From: Octopus sinensis
Taxonomy: Eukaryota
Assembly: GCF_006345805.1 (NCBI RefSeq)
Contig: NC_043005.1
Span: forward strand, 69,502,001 to 69,566,000
Reading direction: 5' to 3'
DNA length: 64,000 nucleotides
In this document: positions 37,922-50,700 of the stretch, piece by piece
How the letters are laid out: each line of letters starts with the position of its first letter
Numbering within the stretch: position 1 is the stretch's first letter
Notes under the pieces: model-generated
Databases searched by the model: none
What the model saw: the letters and a program-made list of their open reading frames with translations, nothing else
What the model was told of the DNA's origin: nothing
Position numbers and translations under genes: made by a program

Positions 37922-38891
37922 TATACCAGGGGTACCCAAAAGAAATCGGAATTTTGTAATATCATTTTATTCAAAAAGTTTTACATATTTACACGTTTAT
38001 AGCCTTCAAAATATTTCCATTTGAAGGAATGCATCGGTCCAGGCACGTTTCCCACTATTCGAAGCAGTGCTGGAACTTTTTCGGAGTGATACATTTTAAC
38101 GCCTCCGTCGTTTTTCCTTCTCCACCTGCACATGTGCAAATCCCGTAGCTCCGGGTTTCATCACCAGCTATGGTCTTCGAAAAACTGGTCTGGATCAGCA
38201 TTAAACTGTTCTTTTAGTTCCGACACACATTCATTCGTGATTTCTTTTGAATTTTCGTATGCAAGCAAGGCACAAATTTTGCTGCAACTCTGTTCATTCA
38301 CAATCCGTCACTCAGAATTCATTGCCAGAAGATCCGAGACACAACACTCTTTCGCCGCTGGAAGCCTCTTGATACGATCCACTGGCGTCAGTCAGCTAAT
38401 CAGCGTTGTCCGGAGATACGTGTTTGTTTTGCAACATTGTTCGGTGACGCTCCTCCAAGATCAGTTCATGAATTTCCGGGATGTTTTCATCGTTCGGCAG
38501 GTCAACGTTCGTCTTGAACGAGGTTGATCTTCAAGCGACCAACCTCGTTCGAGTAACCGTTCTTAAAGAGAGGAAACCACTCGTAACCTTGTGTTTTTCT
38601 CATGGCGACATTCTTGTAAGCTGTTTGAAACGTGGCAACGGTTTTGTCCGCAGTTTTACCCAGTAGGAAACAGAATTTCACACAAGCACGCTGTTCCTTT
38701 TTTCCAGCAGTAGCAAAAATCGAAGAACAGGTGAGAAGCACTGGAAAACAAACACGTATCACTGGACAACGCCTTTTAGCTGACTGATGCCTGTGGTTCG
38801 TATCAAGTGGCTTCAAGCAGCGAAAACTGTGCTACAAAGGGCTTGCCCCACAGAAAACGTTTCTGGTTAATTTTGGGTAGGCTCTCGTATA
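37922..38891 (-). mobile_element. Internally deleted mariner element with both TIRs
   Basis: TIRs TATACCAGGGGTACCCAAAA / TTTTGGGTAGGCTCTCGTATA; N-terminal KKEQRACVKFCFLLGKT...EWF and C-terminal FQHCFE*WETCLDRCIPSNGKYFEG. Confidence 0.85.
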
Positions 38892-40264
38892 TGCTATTGA
38901 TCAATAATTGATCTTGCATTGTAATTTTTTCCCTAACATAATGTTAAAATGCCATTAATATATATATATCAGTTTAATAAATGTGATATATTGAACATAT
39001 TTCTTTCATCATTTTGAAACGTATCGGGAGAAAAGAGAGATAGCATCATATATTTATAAAACTGGACAAAAAATATTAAAATTTATTTTGTAATTTCAGA
39101 TGTGGCAAGAACGCATTAATTTTGTTTCTCTGAATTAGTCTCATGCCATTATAATTCTTATAATATCATCACAAAAGACAATTTGCAATGCTAACAATTT
39201 GCTGCAGCTATTCCGCCAAGCACTTTCTCTGCGAGAGAACAATCTTGATTTCACTTCACTAAATCGTATCATAAATCTGGTAATTGCATGTGAGAAAACA
39301 AACTGGGCTCGTAAAAGAATATGGAAAATTCTCTTTGAATCAGCTCATTTGAGAAAGTCGGGTTTGCAAACACTTAAGTGACACACCCGAATGTCTTCAG
39401 TAATTTAATATATGCTTGAATTGTCAATTGTGAAGAATAAAGCGTATTTCATTCTATGCCCCTTTTTGCTATTATTTCGGTTTTCTCTTACATTTTAAGA
39501 AGGCAATGGTTAGGATACTCTGTTTATATTTTTCATGAGTGTGGAGAGCTTAAAGTAGAGATAGTATTATATTCCCTAGTATTAAACGACATGTGTCACT
39601 TAAAGTGAAATCCACATGATGTTTGATCACATTCCGTATCACAAAATCAGAATGTAACGAGAATTAATGGCAAAGGGATGTGCATATCATTTCAAAGAAA
39701 GCATGTTAGTTTTAGCCAATCAAAGAACTTTGCCACTTTTATTTTGTATAATCTCTATGATAAAATCGATCTCACCAAAGCTTTGGAATGCTTTATTCAT
39801 TTTATCACACAAGTTAAAACAGTTTTCTATCCCTTTTATCCGCTTGCGTAAATAACACTTAAATGCAAATATCCACTAGGCGTTTTCTATTCTACTAGTC
39901 AACAAGAACGTTCCAAGCGCAAGTGAGAACCCATCTGGTATTAATATATAGTTTCAGCGATTTCTTCAAAATGGATATTTTTGTGTTGGGAAGAAAACAT
40001 TGCTTTAATTCTGTCAATAGCCAATTAGTATATGAATTTACTGCGTTGGGACTGAAGAAATATTTTTTCAAGCTCTGTTTCTCTGTCCGCTCTCTCTCAA
40101 ACGAACCAACACACATTCACTCAGTCACACACGCTCCGCTACTCAGTATGGATTCTAGGGATCCTTCGGAAAAAAAAAACAAGAAGCAAAATTGAACAAA
40201 TGCAGTGTCACTGCGACGTAACAATGATAGACAAAGTATATGAAAAGGCAACGATAATACTAAT

Positions 40265-40570
40265 TTTGAGACCAGTCTAGCAATTTCAGTGGTGGGGGTA
40301 AGTCGATTACATCAACCTCAGTACTTGAAAGTATGAAAGGTAAATTCCACAGCAGAATTTGAACCCACAATGTAAAGACGGGTGAAATAGCACTAAGTAT
40401 TTTGCCCTAAGAGCTAACGATTCCAACAGCCCAGCGTCTTAATACGAAAGGATAATATTGTTTTCAAAGTTCTTTTACAAAGCTAGTAATTTTTTCGACC
40501 ACAAATACATTAAAGGCAAAGTCGACGCTGGCGAAATTTGAACTCAGGAAGTAAAATACGAAACTATAAT
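40265..40570 (-). mobile_element. SINE family B copies (40265-40440 and partial 40485-40570)
   Basis: AAGTCGATTACATCAACC...TGAAAGGTAAA...AATTTGAAC and AAAGGCAAAGTCGACGCTGGCGAAATTTGAACTCAG. Confidence 0.75.
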
Positions 40571-42696
40571 ATTAACTATAAAATAAGGAGGAGTCTTTAG
40601 GATGCTGGGAAAATGCTTGTTGGCATTTCTTCCGTCTTTTCGAGGTCGGCTTTGATATATATCCTTCTGGATATGCAAATTAAGTACCTTGTGCCAAGAT
40701 TTGAAAGCAATATAAAACAACGGCATTCATAAGAATATAAAATGTTTACTAAAACGTTTCTTTACTTGGCATGGCGCTTTTCAAATTTTCTACTTTAACG
40801 CATATATTCTGTTACCTACCTAGACATGCGACTTATTTTCTCTTCACTTAAAATCAGTTATTATCTTTATTGTATAGTTATAATATTTTGTAAAGTTTCA
40901 ATTCAAGGAAAATCGTAAACTGTGATTTTAATGGATTTGACAGCAATATAGTAAACGATGTTGCTTAAACAAAATAATAGTTATAATAATCAAACTAAGG
41001 TATTAAGTTCAATAGAAACAGACTAATATATTAGGTTCAACTGAATTCTGGAATTTATTCGAAGCATAAAATATAATTAAATCATTCCTCATAGTGTGTA
41101 ACTTGTGTTAAATACTCCAGAATTGTTGTCTACGAGTGGCAAGAGGTAATTTTAAAGGGTTATGCCGTACTAGGATCTCGAAAATAATTAATTCCAATTT
41201 TAATTGCTCAACAACAGTAATTTTGAAAACAATTATGTTTTAGTAAATTACAAAGATACACAGCACTTCTTCAGCTATGCCTAATTATTTTAATTACGTT
41301 TTCAAATCTCACAGCATTAATATGTGTCGCAATAATGTTTCTAAAATATTTCAGGAATATATAGTCTTTAATTTCTAATATTAACTAATTCTCATGCTTC
41401 AGATATTTAGCATTGAATGATTACTCATACAATTTTATCAATATTTCGACAAGCACAGTGATGCATATTTTCTTAACGTATGCAGCAGGTGTATGGAAAA
41501 GGAACCGTATTTTCTGTAAGTCTAATATTAGCCATTCTAATCTGTGTTAAGAAATTACGGTTATAATTATATTGACTCGTGTATGTCATATGAACACGGC
41601 ACATAACTACTAATACACATTCTTGATTAATACATTTCACTCTTATTTATGAATAGCATCAATGTATAACTCATGTATAAAAGTATATAAAATACGTCTT
41701 TAAATATTGTACGTGGTTGCATGTGAGTGGCTGTATGCGATTATCAGTATATTCTCTTTTATCGTTTCCTTGATTCAATTATTAAGACAGTAGCCAGGCT
41801 GCAGCTTCTCCTTGAAGAATTGCAATTGAACAAATTAACGCCTCTATTTATTTTTTTCAATACTAATACCTCTTCTATTTGATATTTCTGATATACGAGA
41901 TTTTACAGCTTAAAGAAGATATCCAACGGGCATATCGTTCAATCCTCGAGTGAGAGAGAGAGAGAGATAGAGAGAGACAGGGTGAGAGATTACTTCTGGG
42001 TGTAAACGTTTAGATCCAGAAGGGACTTGATACAAGCGAACTGGGCGTTTTATTGCTTTATCGGTTCGTCATAATTATTTCTATTTGTACCGTGTAAGTT
42101 AATAATTTGAAACGATGTTACATATCTCCATGTATGTCAACATGGGTGCGCCTAGACAATCGTGTTGAACACCTTTTGGAATATATGAGGAAATGAATCA
42201 ATAATTGCTTTTATATTTGTTGTTGCTGTTGCTGGTGGTGAATTTGCTATTGTTTCTCTAGCTGTTGCTGGTTGAAGTATTGTTAATAATATTGCTGGTA
42301 TTTTTGTTGCAGCTTTTGTTCCCCGTTAGTTTGTTCTTTTCACAGATGTTCATGTAAGAAATTACATTATATAATCTAAACCAGTGAATAAAATTTCGTT
42401 TTGTCCAAATTTCCTCGCGTTTGTCACACCTTTATATCGGAGTAGGAATGAATCATAGGCACGGTTTGACATCGAATCATAGTTATTATTTTGAAAACGG
42501 AAGATTTACGTACATTGCTTTCATTCAGAGAAACATGTCCCAAAGCATTAAACAGATATGAAAAATATCTAAGATTAAGCCTCAATGACGTTGGACTAGA
42601 TGCTTGCATATGAATGAAATCTGAATTGTACTATCATTCCTATCTTCATATTGGCAGGTTTATTAAAAAATCTAGGATATGTGGATGGATTGAGAA

Positions 42697-42768
42697 TTTA
42701 TAGATATATAAATCATTAAAGATTTATATATCTATAAACGCAAACCAAACGGTATTGGTTTGCGTTTA
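42697..42768. repeat. Two abutting perfect hairpins (18-bp and 14-bp arms, 6-nt loops)
   Basis: TTTATAGATATATAAATC-attaaa-GATTTATATATCTATAAA overlapping TAAACGCAAACCAA-acggta-TTGGTTTGCGTTTA. Confidence 0.9.
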
Positions 42769-44258
42769 GAAAGTGTCGCAAAAATGAACATTGGATTTAG
42801 AAAGACTAGCTGCTATATTTGTGGTTGTGAACGAAATGTAAAGGCTACTTTTCCCTCCAGATTAAACCAGGAAAGGCAACAGAATGTCAGGCAAAAATGC
42901 AACAATAGCAATAGTTAATTCACCAGGAAACGAATTCGCATCAAATTAATGGGATCGTAAATGAGAGGATGCTGAAGATGCCTTGCATATTTGGAGGAAA
43001 TGCGTATAAAAGAATCAAGTAAATATTCTTCCTTGGCATTAAGAAAAAATATGTAAAGGGGATGCCAAACGGGAAAACTTGACATTTGGTTCCGGGGAAG
43101 AACTCGTCCACTTTAAAATGGAGTCCATCTTCCGCAAGAGGAAATGTTACAAAAAAACACAATATTACAAAAACAACAGCGTTTTGTCATTTTAACTGGC
43201 ATCTAATATGATATCTATATAATCTACTCTAGTATTTCATATACGAAGAATTTATAGGTTTGAGAAAGGAGCACTTATGTAACAGCACGAAAGAGACTGA
43301 ATATCTATAAATTATAAGGAGATATTACGTTAATGTATATAATCATACTTATTGTAAACTGCATGAAAACTTCCCTGGCTGCTGTAAAGCAAATTTTCTT
43401 CGTCAAAGACTCTGGAATCTCTTGCTATGAATAACGTAAGAAGTAAATGATATCATATAAATAATCATATGTAAAATAATCATATAAGTATGCTTATATG
43501 ATTATTTGCTCTATAAGTGTTTTAATTGTTTTCACTATAATTTAATATAATCCTTCACATAAACCCGTAACTGGAAAATATGTCTGAACCATACACATTT
43601 TTGAGCTTCTCTGTAGATAACACATTTTTCGTAATAGTCTTCTACGAGCTCGCTATCTCAGAAGTGAAAAACGAAATAAACTGCTATTAGTTCATCTGTT
43701 GAGTAATTATATCATTATTCACGATTACTATCCATAATACAACTTAGCTACAAATAGAATTTGACAAGGATTTCTATGTTGTTTCAGATTTTCTGTCATT
43801 TTTCTTTTAAGTCGTCGCTTGTATGCAGATATGACTTAATATTAGAAACACACACATTTATATTATTTCATGATAACTATGTACGTCCCTCACATGGAGA
43901 GAAACTTTTACGCCATATACACACTCATTCATATAGATAGTAAAGGCCTGACATCTAAATGTAAACACAGGAATTAAGATGAATATCATTAGAGAAATAA
44001 GCTGAGAATTTCGAGTATCACAAATCGATGGAAACATGTTCAAAAATTTGGCACTTTAAAATAGGGTTTACATGCCTAAAAGGCGTGTCCTATGTCCCAA
44101 GCAAATGCGTGGCTTCTCACCCATGATTATATTTTACACTTCTAAATGTACACGACCTTCAATACACCAAATTTGAATGATCACATTTAATTTCTTTTTT
44201 GTATCGAGTAATATAAGAAAATGATTAGTACTTTTATGTGTATTCGTTTATCAAATTT

Positions 44259-44264
<6 letters not shown>

Positions 44265-44299
<35 letters not shown>

Positions 44300-44377
44300 C
44301 GTATATACATATATTATATATATACATATATATACATATATACATATATATATAAACATATATATATATATATATGC

Positions 44378-44418
<41 letters not shown>

Positions 44419-44530
44419 TATAACATATATATATATATACATATATAAACATATATATATATAAACATATATATATATACATATATATAATATATATATA
44501 TATAACATATATATATATACATATATAAAC

Positions 44531-44563
<33 letters not shown>

Positions 44564-44647
44564 TAACATATATATATAACACATATATATATATATATAC
44601 ATATATAAACATATATATATACACATATATATATATATATATATGCA

Positions 44648-44681
<34 letters not shown>

Positions 44682-44692
44682 TTGTGTGTATG
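44265..44692. repeat. Long compound (TA)n/(CATA)/(TG)n microsatellite
   Basis: Direct reading; it explains the spurious YI-rich ORFs. Confidence 0.95.
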
Positions 44693-45029
44693 TTTGTTAC
44701 CTCGTTACTACTTTCCACATGGCCTTAGAGTTAAATCTGCAGACTACATTTTGGGTCCTGAAAACAATTGTTAAGATCTGGATAGACAGTGTATGCAATG
44801 TAAGGACATATGTGCTGCAGTAACACTATGCACTATCACACATGGCTCTAGTAACACAGGAATGGAAGGCAGATATCAACTGCCAAAAAGCACCGGGTAA
44901 CTGAAACGCAGACGGAACTAGTCAGCCCGTAGGTGAAAGGTAATTACTGATACCGATATTTCGCTGTTATTTCAGCTCATTCGCAACGTATGAGCAAATC
45001 ACTGCGAAGCGAGTTAGAACCTCTGGTCT

Positions 45030-45260
45030 GAGGTACTTTTCTACAACATGCTTCTGGATTCAGTTCCACTGCATGTAATCTAGAGCAAGTGTCTTCAGTT
45101 ATAGCTTCGAGCCGACCAAAGCCTTGAGTAAGGATTTCATAGATGGATTCCCACTAGCGCCGGATAACCGCTGTAGGTGTGTTTACGTTCCCTGTAATTT
45201 ACTAAGTTCCCATAAAAAGACCGATACAATAAGCACCAGACTTAAGAAGGAATTACTGGT
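45030..45260 (+). mobile_element. Old, diverged SINE family A copy
   Basis: GGATTCAGTTCCACTGC...GAGCAAGTGTCTTC...GCCGACCAAAGCCTTG...GGTGTGTTTACGTTCCC...AAAGACCGATACAATAAG. Confidence 0.7.
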
Positions 45261-46104
45261 GTCGATTCTTCTAGACAGTACTTCATCATGGCTGCAGTCT
45301 GATGACAGAAATATGTAAAGGATAAAACTTGTGTATGTGTGTTTGTTCATTGTATACAAATAACATGGAATAAATAAATAAATAGTTACTAGAGTAGAAA
45401 AAATCTGCATAAGTTCCAAAGACATTGCAGCTTATAAAGGTAGCAATTCCAGGGTTAAGTGAAATGTTTTTGTATAACATAGATAAATTAAGAAGTAGAG
45501 TCAAACGCAAATGTTACACAAGTCTGAATACTTCCGATATATATTTCGAAGAAAAACATTCATATTATTCAGGAGGGTATAAAATGATGTAAAGCAATGT
45601 AATCATATCGTCAGGGAAAAAGAGAGAAACAAAACACATTCATAAGCCATTTTAACCGAATATGATTACCGCATATATGATGAAAGGGAACTCAGGCGTT
45701 TTTTTTTTCTTATTAAACTGCTAATAGATTTAACGTCACAGGTAATTTAAAAAAATAGAAAGAAAGAAAATAACAGAAAATTAAGATAGGAGAAATATAG
45801 TGTGAAAGATGAAGGGGGGAAAAGCGTGATACCTGAATGGGAAAAAAGCTTAAAAGCATGGAAATAGATATATGTAGTGGAAATGAAACGTAAGAAGACA
45901 TTTATTGGTCGAATTTATAGATCGGTAGAAATTACTTAGAGGAACTAGAGGCATGTTTTTGACATTGCTTACGATATACACGTTATTTAAACGTGTTTTC
46001 AAGAATATTCTCTGAGAATATGATAAGAAATTGTTCTTCGGTACAGAGAGGAGAAAAAAGATTTACCTTTATCATATGAAAGGGATTCAAATTATATTCA
46101 AACA

Positions 46105-47305
46105 GTTTTGGGTGATCCTATGAAATAATGCGGTTTTTACAATTGCAAGAACTAAAACTCGGAGTGGGACGGGATAAACTCTCTGCATCAACTCGCTGTA
46201 AAATTGGTTAGTAATTGTACCTTTTACTTATTCTTAGTGTAAGTTTGGAAGAGTGCAGTTCGATTTTAATAGCTATTTTTTTTAAAGCTATAATGAAAGT
46301 GACAAAGGAGCATATTCGGCATATTTTGCTTTATGAGTTCCATAAAGGCAACAATGCAACAGAAAATGCAAAGAATATTAATGCAGTATATGGGGATCGG
46401 ACAATAAGCGTACGCCAATGTCAACGGCAGTTCCAGAAATTCCAAGCCAGAGACGACAACCTAGAAGATGAACTTCGTCCCGAAAAGTTTGTAAAGCGCA
46501 ACGAGTACGTCCTGCAAACCCTGGTGGAACAAAATCCCATCATAAATATTGAGGAACTAGGAGAGACGCGTTGATTTGGACATTCATCGACAACTGCGTG
46601 CCATTGAAAAAGTCGACAAATTGTGTCAATGTGTTCCTCACAAACTTACCAAGTCTAACCATGAGAAGACAGTGAATGTGTGCTCTTATTTGGTGTCATG
46701 TTTCACGAATGAACCATTTTTGGACCGATAGTGACTGATGACGAGCAATGGGTTTTCTATAAATATGTCAAGCGAAGAAGGCAGAGGATAGGGGAAGGAG
46801 TAACCTAGGCGGAAGAAGGTTTTGACCCACGTAAGTTGTTGGTATCTGCTTGGTGGCATATGAAAGGTAGGTTTAGACAGCTTTCAATAAATGAGATCTA
46901 CTGCGAGCAGCTTCAACGGCTTAGGACAGCGCTAGAAGAAAAACGACCATCTTTTGTTTCAAGATGATAGATGGACTTATATCAGGAGAATGCTTGGTCA
47001 TATAGCGTGGATGACATTCCAAGCGTTAGAGCAATGTGAATGGGAAACGATTCTCCACCCACCATATTCGCCGGAAAAAATATAAGTTTTGTAAACGGGG
47101 TCAGGAGAATAATGGAGGAGTATTTTTCGTAACGGTCAAAGGAATTTTAGAAGAGGTGTCTGGAAAGTCTACCAGATAGATGGAAAAGCATTGTAGAAAA
47201 TAAGATGAGTATATTTTATGTTAAAAATGAACTCTGTTAATCCTAATTTTGAAAAATAAAATATGTTTAAAAACTGCATTATTTTTGGGATGTCTATGTA
47301 TAATA
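46105..47305 (+). mobile_element. Near full-length degenerate mariner element
   Basis: TIR AAATAATGCGGTTTTT / AAAAACTGCATTATTT; MKVTKEHIRHILLYEFHKGNNATE, CVPHKL (WVPHEL-like), TDDEQW, PPPYSP. Confidence 0.9.
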
Positions 47306-47661
47306 CTATATATATATATTATATATATAATATATATATATAATGGGTTGAGGAGGAATAATTCACGTGCGTATTTTCTAAATTTGAAAATGTACGCAGA
47401 AATAAAACGCATTGTCAAAATGTTTTATATTAGTTAAAAAACGAAACATTGTTGCTCTACAGGGCAGTGCGTTTTTATTGATTTTAGTGAATTTTCAGAT
47501 CATTAAAATGGGATGTCAAGGGGACAAATCTTAGCATTTTCGACACGATTTGCTCTTTGCATTCATCGATATCACGTTGGAAAGAGCAGCCAAAACCTCA
47601 CTCTAAAACCACATTAAATGTTCTTACAGCAACAGAAGGGAAGACAACAGAATATATATAT

Positions 47662-47728
<67 letters not shown>

Positions 47729-47850
47729 ATATATATATATATATATATATTATTATATATATATTTAATATATATATATATATATCTATATATATATATA
47801 TATATAATATATATATATATTATATATATATATATTTATATATATATATT

Positions 47851-47881
<31 letters not shown>

Positions 47882-48024
47882 ATATTTATATATATATTAT
47901 ATATTATATATATATATATATGTAATATTAATTAGAGACAAAACCACTATTATGCAAATCAAACAAAGAAAGACTTAATCCAATACATAAAACATTTTAT
48001 ATAAATTAAGTAATATTAAGTTAT

Positions 48025-48070
48025 CCACTACAATTGTTTCTTGTCACTTCTAAGGACATTCATCATGTGG
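48025..48070 (-). ncRNA. Type I hammerhead motif, left arm (C3A substitution)
   Basis: Minus: CCAC-ATGATGA-A-TGTC[9 nt]GACA-A-GAAA-CAATTG-T-A-GTGG. Confidence 0.55.
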
Positions 48071-48128
48071 TTTTCAGACCTTCTATTCAATTTTAAATTG
48101 ACTTCATAATTAATAGAAGGTCTGAAAA

Positions 48129-48174
48129 TCACCTGATGAATGTCCTTAGAAGTGACAAGAAACAATTGTAGTGG
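48129..48174 (+). ncRNA. Type I hammerhead motif, right arm (intact CUGAUGA/GAAA core)
   Basis: TCAC-CTGATGA-A-TGTC[CTTAGAAGT]GACA-A-GAAA-CAATTG-T-A-GTGG; palindromic ACAATTGT stem III, GUA triplet, predicted cut after 48170. Confidence 0.65.
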
Positions 48175-48373
48175 ATAACTTAAATTTATTTAATTTATAT
48201 AAAAATGTTTATGTATTGGATTAAATCTTTCTTTGTTTGATTTGCATAATAGTGGTTTTGTCTCTAATTAATATTATATAATATTTTACTATAAAATTGG
48301 ATTCAATCCTAAATCTGATTTTTCCCTGTAAATTTGGATTTACTCCCTAATATTTATTATTATGTATATATAT

Positions 48374-48405
<32 letters not shown>

Positions 48406-50327
48406 GCACACACACATATATATATATATATCTATATAAGGAGTGTAGGTATCGGAAATCAAGTGGTTAGGGCTCATGAAGCTGCTTTTGAGATTCATGC
48501 TCTTAAGACACATATAGAGAGGGAGCAATGCTTCAAAACACCACTCGCTGTTAGTTTTCGTGCTGCAAAAATAGGAATTTTGTATTTAAAGTCGGATCAC
48601 ATACCGGTGGATCAACTAAGTTCCATGAAGCAAAATTGAATCAAATTTTTCGCAAAAATCCGTGTCAAACGGACAAAGAAATGGCGGGAAAATCGATTTG
48701 TTATGAAATAAATCTGGTGAACCACCTTCAATCAATGGCCAAGGTTCAGAAACCTGGGGCTTGGGAGCCACACACACTGAGCAAAAACGACAAAAGTCAA
48801 CACTCCACAATCACCACGAGCTTGCCTACTCGCCATCGCCCAACACATGGTCACAAACAACGTTTGTTTTTTACCGCGATGAAAAATGGCGCTTTTACGT
48901 CAATATGAAGCTGCGAAAAGAATGGCTCAGCCCGACAAACGAGCGACTCAGCGAGCAAAAAGACCTTCATCTTCAAATGACCATGTTGTGTGTATGGTTT
49001 GGACTGTTTAAACGCAACCAAACACTCACTGCAGAGCTTTACGTTCATCAACTGCACCGTTACGACAAAGCAGTTCAAGGAAAAAGACCGAATAGGCGAC
49101 GTTCGTCTGGAAGGCCAATATGAACTTACATCGCCAATATGACCAAAGCCGCAATTCAAGAACACGAATGGGAAGTGTTGCCTCATCACCCATACTCTCC
49201 AGACTTCGCGCTGGACGATTTTCATCTCTTTGGACCGCTTTCGAACGCTTTGCGCAGTGTATCGTTCAATAATGACGTAGAATTGAGAGCTTAGTGGGAC
49301 AAATTCTTTGAGTCAAGACCGGGGGATTTCAATCGACGAGGCATCGAAAAATGTACTGAACGTTGGGAGGACGTCGTAAACAACAATGGAGAGTGTCTCA
49401 ATGATTAATTTTTTTGTATTTTAATTGTTTAAAATAAATTTGAAAAAAAAACGTGCATAAATTATCCCCCAACCCAATACACGAGACAGAGAGAAAAAAG
49501 GAGAAAAAGTGGGGGAAGAGAAAAACGTACACTTAAGTGTATATCTGCTTCAGATAAACAAATTCTAAATCCTATATTGTCATAAATTCTCGTATTTCGA
49601 TGAGAATTGCAAATATGCATGAACTCATATGTACGTTGTGAACCTCACCACATAAAATGTGCACATCTGTCAGGAAAGTATTATGTCATATTGAATACAT
49701 GAACTGAATTCGTTGAATGATTCTGATTAATTACCCATACTTATTTTGTTCTCTTATGTTATCAGTGCTTAGTCTTTTTCAGTCATTTTGTATTGCATCA
49801 ACGTAAGCATTGTTCTGGTATATTTGGTTACAAATGGATATATATCGCTATACAAAATACTGAATTTGCATTAATAAGAATTTACAGGGTATCTGATACA
49901 CCTATATAAATGCATTTTGTTGACTTCTTTGCATCTTCATTGTAGAATTTCTAATGTATTGAAAGCACTATTTGTTTTTAACTTCTTTCCAAACTTTCTA
50001 CGTCTTCCTATTGTTACAGTCGTCTAAAATATTTTACAGGATTATTTTATTAAACCGAGAAACATATGAAAGATCTTATCACATGGATGTACATTGCCTC
50101 AAATATACAGACTCACACACAAACACATACAGCAAGCTGCAATATTCTCTTCAAAGCAATAGTAAGTTTTAGCCAAAGGAAATGCTTTTTCTTAAATAGA
50201 ATACTGACTAATAGAAAGCTTGCTGATACTGTCGCTTGGGCCAATGTACGCATATTTATTTATATATATATATGTGCGTCAATGTGTGTGCTTGTGTGTA
50301 TATGTATGTGTACACAAACACACACAC

Positions 50328-50381
<54 letters not shown>

Positions 50382-50484
50382 AAGATCGTTATTTAAATAC
50401 CGATCTTATCAGGTGGCCAGCATGGGAATAAAAACCTTCAAAGTTAATAATTATCATGAAAATTATAATTTAGGGTCTCTAAGA

Positions 50485-50579
50485 GATACCACCACGCTGG
50501 AAATAGCAGCCAAAACCTCACTCTAAAACCACATTAAATGTTCTTACACAGAAGGAAAGACAATAGAATATATATATAT

Positions 50580-50610
<31 letters not shown>

Positions 50611-50642
50611 GTATGCACACACACACACACACAAACATATAT

Positions 50643-50680
<38 letters not shown>

Positions 50681-50700
50681 AGGAATGTAGGTATCGGAAA
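50485..50700. repeat. Second copy of the microsatellite-containing repeat that interrupts the mariner at 47568-48455
   Basis: GCAGCCAAAACCTCACTCTAAAACCACATTAAATGTTCTTACA...(TA)n...AAGGA(A/G)TGTAGGTATCGGAAA occurs at both loci. Confidence 0.75.

Larger units (their letters stand above)
47923..48276. repeat. Inverted repeat with 165-bp arms (47923-48087 / 48112-48276), probably inverted PLE pLTRs
   Basis: Arms are near-perfect reverse complements with a 24-nt spacer; each contains a hammerhead motif. Confidence 0.9.
47341..49480 (+). mobile_element. Degenerate mariner element interrupted by a nested insertion (~47568-48455)
   Basis: TIRs TAATGGGTTGAGGAGGAATAATT / AATTATCCCCCAACCCAATA. MGCQGDKS*HFRHDLLFAFI lies before the insert and RAHEAAFEI, WEPHTL, RDEKW, HPYSPDFALDDFHLF after it. 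Confidence 0.85.

Noticed and set aside
45290-45325. CTGATGA-CA-GAAA hammerhead-like match
   Set aside because: No stem II and no stem I pairing.
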